Shown: positions 17,826-24,000 of the stretch, piece after piece | How positions within the stretch are numbered: position 1 is the stretch's first letter | Layout: each line of letters begins with the position of its first letter | Assembly: GCF_009295635.1 (NCBI RefSeq) | Contig: NZ_WHIW01000001.1 | Location: forward strand, 75,335-99,334 | DNA from: Alkalilimnicola sp. S0819 | GTDB lineage: Bacteria > Pseudomonadota > Gammaproteobacteria > Nitrococcales > WHIW01 | Direction: 5' to 3' | Length of the DNA stretch: 24,000 nt | Made by a program: the position numbers and the translations under genes | The notes under the pieces: model-generated | What the model was told of the DNA's origin: nothing | Databases searched by the model: none | What the model saw: the letters and a program-made list of their open reading frames with translations, nothing else

Positions 17826-18953
17826 TCAGCCGGCCGCCTGGCGGTCGGACAGCAGGCGGGCGGCCTTGTCCTCCAGGGCCCGGAGCAGATTGTCGTAGGA
17901 ATCCACGAAGGCCTGGATGCCGTCGCGCTCCAGTGTCTCGGTGATCGCCGCCAAGTCCACCCCGTAACCGCGCAGGGTCGCCAGAATGCGGGCCGGCTCG
18001 TCCAGATCCTCGGCCAGGCGCGCGGCGGGTTCGCCGTGATCGCGGTAGGCCTCGTAAGTGGCCGGGGGCACGGTGTTTACCGTGTGCTCACCGATCAGCT
18101 CTTCCACATACAGCACATCGCTGTAGGCCGGGTTCTTGGTGCCGGTGCTGGCCCAGAGCAGGCGCTGCAGCTGCGCGCCGGCGGCCTCCAGCGCCTCCCA
18201 GCGCTCGCCGCTGAAGGCCTGCTGGAAGTGGCGATAGGCCGCACGGGCATTGGCGATGGCCGCGCGGCCCTGGAAATCCTGCACGCCCAGTTCATCCAGC
18301 GCCTTGTCTACCGCGCTGTCCACGCGGCTGACGAAGAAGCTCGCCACCGAGGCGATGTGCGCCAGCGGCTTGCCGGCGGCATGCCGTGCTTCCAGGCCGC
18401 GCAGCCAGGCTTCCACCACTTCCTCGTAGCGGCTCACGGCGAAGAGCAGGGTGACGTTCACGCTGATGCCTTCGCGGGTCAGCGCCTCGATGGCCTCCAG
18501 GCCCTCGGTGGTGGCGGGCACCTTGATCATCACATTGGGGCGGTCGATCCAGGCATGCAGGCGCAGGCCCTCGGCCACGGTGCCGGCGGCATCGCGCGCC
18601 AGGCGCGGCGAGACTTCGATGCTGATGAAGCCGTCGCGCCCGGCGCTTGCCTCGTGCACGCCGCGCAGCTCATCGGCGCCGGCGCGAATGTCCTCCACCG
18701 CCAGGTGGTTGAACAGCGCCTCGCTGTCCCAGCTGGGGTTGGCGCGCACGGCGCTGGCAATGGCTTCGTCGTAAGCCGCGCTGCCGGTGATGGCCTTCTC
18801 GAAGATCGTCGGGTTGGAGGTGACGCCCTTGAGGCCGTCGCGCTCGATCATTTCGGCGAGCAGGCCCGCGCGGAGCATATCGCGGTGGATATTGTCGAAC
18901 CAGATGCTCTGGCCGAATTCGCCGAGTTTCTTCAAGGGGTTAGCAGTGCTCAT
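17826..18953 (-). CDS. tal: Transaldolase (long, ~375-aa type)
   Basis: Track ORF 17826..19022, trimmed to the ATG at 18953 (MSTANPLKKLGEFGQSIWFDNI...). TSNPTIF motif and the Schiff-base lysine context MIKVPAT are present. Confidence 0.92.
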   Translation of the reverse strand: MSTANPLKKLGEFGQSIWFDNIHRDMLRAGLLAEMIERDGLKGVTSNPTIFEKAITGSAAYDEAIASAVRANPSWDSEALFNHLAVEDIRAGADELRGVHEASAGRDGFISIEVSPRLARDAAGTVAEGLRLHAWIDRPNVMIKVPATTEGLEAIEALTREGISVNVTLLFAVSRYEEVVEAWLRGLEARHAAGKPLAHIASVASFFVSRVDSAVDKALDELGVQDFQGRAAIANARAAYRHFQQAFSGERWEALEAAGAQLQRLLWASTGTKNPAYSDVLYVEELIGEHTVNTVPPATYEAYRDHGEPAARLAEDLDEPARILATLRGYGVDLAAITETLERDGIQAFVDSYDNLLRALEDKAARLLSDRQAAG

Positions 18954-18996
18954 GGGGTATCTCTGCCTGGTGGCTTGGGGCATGAAAGAGGCGTGC

Positions 18997-19025
18997 ATTG
19001 TACCCGTTGCGCGCCGTGGCATGAA
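18997..19025 (-). promoter_or_regulatory. Possible sigma70 promoter for tal-apaG-apaH (minus strand: TTCATG, 17-nt spacer, TACAAT)
   Basis: Hexamers read on the minus strand, about 45 nt upstream of the tal ATG. Confidence 0.3.
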
Positions 19026-19138
19026 CCCGATGCAAGTCGCAATTCGGGCTGTCGCTGTTTGGAGACTCTTGAAAAGCCTTGGGAACTTTGGTGTTCTTGC
19101 CGTTTACGCAACAAGAACAAGGCCTTGGGAGGTTTTCC

Positions 19139-19243
19139 ATGTTGCAGCGCAAGCCGCGATTTCGCCGGCCGGACCCGCTCGCCGCCCTGACGGTGGTGGT
19201 GGCCGTGGCCACGGCGGTGACCCTGTTGATGCCGCATATCTGA
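19139..19243 (+). CDS. Candidate 34-aa small membrane peptide (MLQRKPRFRRPDPLAALTVVVAVATAVTLLMPHI)
   Basis: ATG preceded by GGGAGG at a 6-nt spacing. 31 of 34 third codon positions are G/C, like real genes here. Basic N-terminus plus one hydrophobic helix. Followed by a long hairpin. Below the ORF-track length cutoff. Confidence 0.4.
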   Translation: MLQRKPRFRRPDPLAALTVVVAVATAVTLLMPHI

Positions 19244-19269
19244 GCGGTATCCGGAAGATTCGGGAGATG

Positions 19270-19334
19270 GCGGCCAAGAGCCGCTCCTGCAGTGGCGGGC
19301 ATGGCGCCGGCCTGCAGGAGCGGCTCTTGGCCGC
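19270..19334. repeat. Perfect 23-bp inverted repeat with a 19-nt loop, made of two inverted copies of the GCGGCTCTTGGCCGC motif
   Basis: GCGGCCAAGAGCCGCTCCTGCAG ... CTGCAGGAGCGGCTCTTGGCCGC, paired by hand. Lies between the small ORF and ssb. Confidence 0.85.
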
Positions 19335-19443
19335 GATTGTCTTTGCTGCCCGGAGCTCGACCCGGTTTAAGCCTTCCCCCTCCCGCCCCTACCCTATAAA
19401 GTACCTGCCCATCCGCATTCGATAATCCAAGGGAGTATTCGCC

Positions 19444-19923
19444 ATGGCCAGAGGCGTGAACAAAGTCATCCTGATCGGCAACCTGGGCGTGGACCCGGAA
19501 ACCCGATACATGCCCTCCGGCTCGGCCGTGACCAACATCCGCATCGCGACCTCGGAGAGCTGGCGCGACAAGCAGACCGGCGAGCAGCAGGAGCGTACCG
19601 AGTGGCACACGGTGGTGTTCTTCAACAAGCTGGCCGAAATCGCCGGCGAGTACCTGCGCAAGGGCTCCAAGGTCTACGTGGAAGGCAGCCTGCGCACCCG
19701 CAAGTGGCAGGGCAAGGACGGCCAGGACCGTTACAGCACCGAGATCGTCGCCAACGAAATGCAGATGCTCGATTCCCGCGGCGGCGGCTCCGCCCCCATG
19801 GGTGGCGGCGGCCAGAGCCGGCCCCAGCAGCAGTCGGGTGGCTATGACGACGCCCCGCGCCAGCAGCCCGCCCCCGCCCAGAACGCGCCGGAGCCGGATT
19901 TCGACGACGACATTCCGTTCTGA
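19444..19923 (+). CDS. ssb: Single-stranded DNA-binding protein
   Basis: 159 aa. OB-fold N-terminus ([20 protein letters not shown]), Gly/Gln-rich linker and canonical acidic tip DFDDDIPF. Confidence 0.95.
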   Translation: MARGVNKVILIGNLGVDPETRYMPSGSAVTNIRIATSESWRDKQTGEQQERTEWHTVVFFNKLAEIAGEYLRKGSKVYVEGSLRTRKWQGKDGQDRYSTEIVANEMQMLDSRGGGSAPMGGGGQSRPQQQSGGYDDAPRQQPAPAQNAPEPDFDDDIPF

Positions 19924-20054
19924 CGGACGCCCCCTCTTCCTGCAGGGGCGGCCATGGGCCGCTCCTGCCGGGAGGCGGAGGGATCTACCGCCGTTGATCC
20001 CTCGGCGATAATCCCGGGCCATCCCGCCCACAACAACACCACAAAGGATTACCC

Positions 20055-21473
20055 ATGGACGGGTACCCCCGCATCCTGCACCACGGCGCCGCCGAGGGCG
20101 TCACCGGCAGCTGCCACCGGCTGCAGATCGCCGCCGACCGGGCCCTGCTCATCGACTGCGGCCTGTTCCAGGGCGCCGAGGCCGGCGGGCAGGACACCCT
20201 CAGCCGCCACCGCATCGACTTTCCCCTCGATGACCTGCTCGCGCTCATCGTCACCCACGTGCACATCGACCACGTGGGGCGCCTGCCGTACCTGCTGGCC
20301 GCCGGCTACCAGGGGCCGATTCTCTGCTCCCGCCCCTCCGCCGAGCTGCTGCCGCTGGTCATCGAGGATGCCCTGAAAGTGGGCTTTACCCGGGATGCGC
20401 GGCTGATCCAGCGCTTTCTCGCCGAGGTGGGCGAGCGCCTGCTGCCGCTGGACTACAAGCAATGGCACACCCTGGTGGATGATGCCCGCCAGCGGGTGCG
20501 AGTCCGCCTGCAGCGCGCCGGCCATATCCTGGGCTCGGCCTATGTGGAAATCGACGTGCAGGACCATGAGCGGGGTGGCGAGCGGCGCATCGTCTTCTCG
20601 GGGGATCTGGGCGCACCCCATGCGCCGCTGCTGCCGGCGCCGAAATCCCCGCAGCGGGCCGACGTGGTGGTGCTGGAGAGCACCTACGGTGATCGCCGCC
20701 ACGAGGGCCGGGCCGAACGTCGCGAGCGGCTGCGCGGCGCCATCGACCGGGCGCTGACCGATCAGGGCACGGTCATCATTCCCGCCTTCAGCATAGGGCG
20801 CACCCAGGAGCTGCTCTACGAGCTGGAAGGGCTGATCCACCGGGCGCGCGAGCCGCGCTGGCAGGGTCTGGAGATCATCGTCGACTCCCCCTTGGCCGCG
20901 CGCTTCACCGACTCCTATCGCCGCCTCAAGCCGTACTGGGACGCCGAGGCCCACGCCCGGGTGCGCTCCGGGCGGCACCCCTTAAGCTTCGACAACCTCT
21001 ATACCGTGGACAGCCACGCCGAGCATCTGCAGACCGTGGATTACCTGGCCCGCACCGGGCGGCCGGCCGTGGTGCTGGCGGCGAGCGGCATGGCCGCCGG
21101 GGGGCGGGTGGTGAATTATCTCAAAGCCATGCTGGAAGACCCGCGCCATGCGGTGTTGTTCGTCGGCTACCAGGCTGCCGGCACGCCGGGGCGGGATATT
21201 CAGCGCTACGGGCCGAGCGGGGGCTGGGTGGTGTTGGATGGGCGGCGGTATGAGATTCGCGCTCGGGTGGAGAGCTTGTCGGGATATTCGGCCCACGCCG
21301 ATCAGAAGGATCTGCTGAACTTCATCGGCCGCATGGGCCATCGTCCGGAGGAGGTTCGGCTGATTCATGGTGATGTCCCCGCCCAGCGCACCCTGCAGGC
21401 CGAGCTGCAGCGCCAGGCGCGGGCCCGGGGCGAACCGCTACGGGTTACCCGCGCGGAAGATCACATGGCGTGA
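20055..21473 (+). CDS. Beta-CASP family metallo-beta-lactamase-fold nuclease (RNA-metabolising MBL, COG1236-like)
   Basis: 472 aa. HVHIDH motif, downstream ESTYGDR, and the C-terminal beta-CASP/RMMBL region (SGYSAHADQKDL). Confidence 0.9.
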   Translation: MDGYPRILHHGAAEGVTGSCHRLQIAADRALLIDCGLFQGAEAGGQDTLSRHRIDFPLDDLLALIVTHVHIDHVGRLPYLLAAGYQGPILCSRPSAELLPLVIEDALKVGFTRDARLIQRFLAEVGERLLPLDYKQWHTLVDDARQRVRVRLQRAGHILGSAYVEIDVQDHERGGERRIVFSGDLGAPHAPLLPAPKSPQRADVVVLESTYGDRRHEGRAERRERLRGAIDRALTDQGTVIIPAFSIGRTQELLYELEGLIHRAREPRWQGLEIIVDSPLAARFTDSYRRLKPYWDAEAHARVRSGRHPLSFDNLYTVDSHAEHLQTVDYLARTGRPAVVLAASGMAAGGRVVNYLKAMLEDPRHAVLFVGYQAAGTPGRDIQRYGPSGGWVVLDGRRYEIRARVESLSGYSAHADQKDLLNFIGRMGHRPEEVRLIHGDVPAQRTLQAELQRQARARGEPLRVTRAEDHMA

Positions 21474-21496
21474 CGCGCGGCCGCCACCGGTCCGTA

Positions 21497-21796
21497 TCAA
21501 AAACCCAAGAACAGCATGTCCAAAGCGGCGGAAATTTCCCCCTGTTCTTCAGCAAGACTACCAACGCCAGAACGCAATTCGCCCCCCGGTACCGCAGCCA
21601 TGTACTGTGTCGCCATAACGAACTCCCGGCCTTGGATGCTAAACACGGGGTTCAGCCGCTGGGCAGGGGACGGTGCGGAGGCTCTGGGCAAAAGTGGCAC
21701 CACAACCCGGGTGTTCAGACCACTGAGCAGGTCAGACTGAACGTCCAGCAGGTAGCCGGCGCCCCCCTCGTTCTCGAAGATGTCGAAACGGGCCAT
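21497..21796 (-). CDS. ccdB: Type II toxin CcdB (gyrase poison family)
   Basis: Track ORF 21497..21886, trimmed to the ATG at 21796. The 99-aa product MARFDIFENEGGAGYLLDVQSDLLSGLNTRVVVPLLP...ISAALDMLFLGF parallels F-plasmid CcdB (LFVDVQSD..., ...NLMFWGI). The start overlaps the ccdA stop (TGATG). Confidence 0.9.
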   Translation of the reverse strand: MARFDIFENEGGAGYLLDVQSDLLSGLNTRVVVPLLPRASAPSPAQRLNPVFSIQGREFVMATQYMAAVPGGELRSGVGSLAEEQGEISAALDMLFLGF

Positions 21797-22047
21797 CAGA
21801 ACTGACGGTGCCGCGCGAGCGGCAAGCCGTTCGCTTCCACGTAGGCGTTTGAGCTTGCCACAGCCTGGGCGTTTTCTTTCAGCCATCTCTCCTGCTTGTA
21901 TCGCTTCACAGCCTCCGCGATCCCCGCCTCGGCGGCCCGTGAGACGTTGATTCCCAAAGCCTTTGCCTCTTTGAGAAGAGCGTTGTCCAGCGATAGATTC
22001 GTTGGCCTGCGGGAGGGTCTGGTGATTTCAGCAGTGTACATGGGCAT
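21796..22047 (-). CDS. ccdA: Type II antitoxin CcdA
   Basis: The last 83 aa of track ORF 21796..22938: MPMYTAEITRPSRRPTNLSLDNALLKEAKALGINVSRAAEAGIAEAVKRYKQERWLKENAQAVASSNAYVEANGLPLARHRQF. It carries the CcdA-like N(V/I)S...ERW..EN pattern. The rest of that ORF is antisense to the aminotransferase gene. Confidence 0.85.
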   Translation of the reverse strand: MPMYTAEITRPSRRPTNLSLDNALLKEAKALGINVSRAAEAGIAEAVKRYKQERWLKENAQAVASSNAYVEANGLPLARHRQF

Positions 22048-22063
22048 GATCTCGCGCGGAGTG

Positions 22064-22084
22064 ATGCGCCGATTATATGCGCAT
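22064..22084 (-). promoter_or_regulatory. Putative ccdAB promoter/operator: minus-strand TATAAT embedded in the ATGCGC-N9-GCGCAT inverted repeat
   Basis: Minus strand reads ATGCGCATATAATCGGCGCAT, 17 nt upstream of the ccdA ATG. Operators that overlap the -10 are typical of autoregulated TA modules. Confidence 0.4.
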
Positions 22085-22236
22085 GTCCGGTGGGCATCAA
22101 TTGCGCTTAAAAGGAGCGTTGAGCCGCGCCTGCCGGGCATGCCGCTCCCGCTCCGCAGTGTTGTCGCTTTGCCTCCCACTCCTGTAGCGCTAAAGTAGCC
22201 GCCAACATCCGCCGCCACACCGCCGCAGGAGCCCCC

Positions 22237-23391
22237 ATGCAGTTCGTCGACTTGGCCGCCCAGCAAGCCCTGATCCGCGAGGATCTGGACCGGCGCATCA
22301 AGCGGGTGCTGGACCATGGCCAGTACATTATGGGCCCCGAGGTCGCGGAGCTGGAAGAAACCTTGGCCGAGTACGTCGGCGTGCCCCACGCGATCTCCTG
22401 CTCCTCGGGCACCGACGCGTTGATCCTGCCCCTGCTCGCCCGCGGTATCGGGCCGGGGGATGCGGTGTTCACCACGCCATTCACCTTCATGGCTACCGCC
22501 GAGGTTATCTCGCTGCTGGGGGCCACGCCCATATTCGTCGATATCGAGCCCGACACCTTCAATATTGACCCGACGCAGCTGCAGGCCGCCATTCAGGCGG
22601 TGCGCGAGGGTGATGCCAGCTTTTACCCCGTGCCCCAGAAGATCCTTGACCAGGGGCTCACCCCCAAGGCGGTGATTGCCGTGGATCTGTTCGGCCTGCC
22701 TGCCGACTACGAACGCATCGAGCCCCTGTGCCAAGCGGAAGGCTTGATGCTCATTGAAGACGCCGCCCAGTCCTTCGGTGGTGCCATCGGCGAGCGCCGG
22801 GTAGGCAGCTTTGGCGATGCCGCGGCTACCAGCTTCTTCCCCGCCAAGCCCTTCGGCGGTTACGGCGATGGCGGCATGGTGTTCACCGCCGACGCAGAAC
22901 TGGCCGAAGTCATGCGCTCCCTGCGGGTGCACGGCCAAGGCGCGGATCGCTACGACAATGTGCGCATTGGGCTGAACGCGCGGCTGGATACGCTGCAGGC
23001 GGCGGTGTTGCTGGCGAAGTGGAGCTTGTTCGCGGACGAGGTGGCGTTACGTCAGGAAAACGCCGGCCGCTACACGGCCCTGATCAAGGAGCAGCTGCCC
23101 CAAGTGGTTACGCCGACGCTGCCGGCCCGCTATGTGTCGGGGTGGGCGCAGTATACGCTGCGCTTTGTGCAGGGGCGGGATCAGCGCAAAGCGGCACTGG
23201 ATGCGATAGGGGTGCCCAGCGCTATTTATTACCCGATTCCGCTATCGCTGCAGGCGGCTTATGCTGGTCTGGGGTATCGTCCGGGTAGTTTGCCGGATGC
23301 GGAGCGCATCGCAGAGCAGGTGCTCAGTCTGCCATTCGGCCCTTATATCCAGGAGGTGGATCAGCAGCAGGTTATCGCCGCCCTTGCGTGA
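22237..23391 (+). CDS. DegT/DnrJ/EryC1/StrS-family PLP-dependent sugar aminotransferase
   Basis: 384 aa. CSSGTDAL motif and PLP-lysine context SFFPAKPFGGYGDGG. AGGAG SD. Confidence 0.9.
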   Translation: MQFVDLAAQQALIREDLDRRIKRVLDHGQYIMGPEVAELEETLAEYVGVPHAISCSSGTDALILPLLARGIGPGDAVFTTPFTFMATAEVISLLGATPIFVDIEPDTFNIDPTQLQAAIQAVREGDASFYPVPQKILDQGLTPKAVIAVDLFGLPADYERIEPLCQAEGLMLIEDAAQSFGGAIGERRVGSFGDAAATSFFPAKPFGGYGDGGMVFTADAELAEVMRSLRVHGQGADRYDNVRIGLNARLDTLQAAVLLAKWSLFADEVALRQENAGRYTALIKEQLPQVVTPTLPARYVSGWAQYTLRFVQGRDQRKAALDAIGVPSAIYYPIPLSLQAAYAGLGYRPGSLPDAERIAEQVLSLPFGPYIQEVDQQQVIAALA

Positions 23392-23650
23392 TCAGTGTCT
23401 CCCTGGGTTGCGCGGCCGAGGCGGTTCGGGGCTTGGCTGGCCTCGGCGCAGTGATGTTTAACACCATGACAAGCCCGATCGCTCCGCATTGGCGGCACCC
23501 GTCTCTCCCCACTGCGCTTGATTCTTGTTAACCTGCGCACCGGATTTGGACGCCGGCGCGCCCGGCCCTTGGGTATCACCGAAGTATGCTGGGCTGCCAG
23601 TCCGCCGTCCGGGAAGTCGAACAGCCAGCCGCAACGGGAATAGAAGCTGT

Positions 23651-24000
23651 ATGTCCTCCTCTCAACTCTCCGGTGCCAGTCTTCCCACCGAGGCCGGTGC
23701 TTTGCCAGATAACTGGAACGACAACGAGATCAGCCTGTTTGATCTGTGGGAAGTACTGGTTTGTCGTCGTTGGTGGATCATTGGCGCGTTGGTCGTTGTG
23801 CTATTGGCCGCCGGTGCCTATCTCTTTCTTGTGCCGCCTGTCTACGAGAGTCGGAGCGTCGTACAGCTGTCCAAGGTGGCTGGCGTGCCGGTGGTTACAC
23901 TCGAAGTCACCGCTATGGGGCTGCGCGAAGGTTACAAAGTTGGCGACCCCGACCGTCCTAGGCCATATCTGGAAAGCGTGTCCAAGGACGAAAGCGGCGG
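23651..24000 (+). CDS. Polysaccharide chain-length determinant (Wzz/GumC-like) N-terminal fragment; runs off the window
   Basis: My own translation from the ATG at 23651: MSSSQLSGASLPTEAGALPDNWNDNEISLFDLWEVLVCRRWWIIGALVVVLLAAGAYLFLVPPVYESRSVVQL... The I.L.DLW..L..R.W. motif followed by a TM helix and P.Y.S is the Wzz N-terminal signature. No in-frame stop up to 24000. The track ORF 23746..23961 is in another frame and was rejected. Confidence 0.55.
   Translation, partial: MSSSQLSGASLPTEAGALPDNWNDNEISLFDLWEVLVCRRWWIIGALVVVLLAAGAYLFLVPPVYESRSVVQLSKVAGVPVVTLEVTAMGLREGYKVGDPDRPRPYLESVSKDESG

Noticed and set aside
22048-22938. Upstream 297 codons of track ORF 21796..22938 (-), which would make a 380-aa protein ending in CcdA
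   Set aside because: That part is antisense to the well-supported DegT aminotransferase and has no domain features. CcdA antitoxins are about 70-85 aa, and an ATG with a promoter-like TATAAT lies at the expected position (22047).
23746-23961. 71-aa plus-strand ORF in the last 300 nt
   Set aside because: It is in a different frame from the open Wzz-like reading frame that starts at 23651. The product is Arg/Cys/Gly-rich with no features.
1-24000. CRISPR arrays, rRNA/tRNA genes, transposases, integrases and known defence operons
   Set aside because: I scanned both strands by eye. There are no regularly spaced direct repeats, no tRNA cloverleaf signatures and no ORFs with such family motifs. 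Absence is stated with the caveat that no covariance-model or HMM search could be run.

Overview
High-GC chromosomal window, gammaproteobacterial by gene content. The zapB-like / ygfB-pepP-ubiH-ubiI order resembles Pseudomonas-type synteny. It is mostly housekeeping. Left to right: partial ZapB-like coiled-coil gene (-), ygfB-pepP-ubiH-ubiI (+), a lone gcvH (+), a PfkB-family kinase (+), an HDOD-domain protein (-), and ampD-ampE (+). A ~620-nt gene-free, palindrome-rich island follows. After it come a TRAP transporter operon of the COG4663/4665/4664 type (-), a fused family-I CoA-transferase (-), a divergent orphan LivK-type periplasmic binding protein (+), and tal-apaG-apaH (-). The window ends with a small SD-preceded membrane-peptide ORF, ssb (+), a beta-CASP metallo-beta-lactamase nuclease (+), a ccdA-ccdB toxin-antitoxin pair (-), a DegT-family sugar aminotransferase (+) and the 5' end of a Wzz-like chain-length determinant (+). 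I see no rRNA, tRNA, CRISPR array, transposase, integrase or recognisable defence operon, and no convincing multi-gene novel system. The unexplained signals are non-coding. (1) A nested inverted-repeat island at 9020-9546 contains a perfect 28-bp stem enclosing three hairpins. (2) A perfect 24-3-24 palindrome lies in the HDOD/ampD divergent region, with a 15-nt half-site copy 16 kb away. (3) A short REP-like repeat, GCGGCTCTTGGCCGC, occurs three times. Many long ORFs in the supplied track are antisense shadows typical of high-GC DNA and were rejected.
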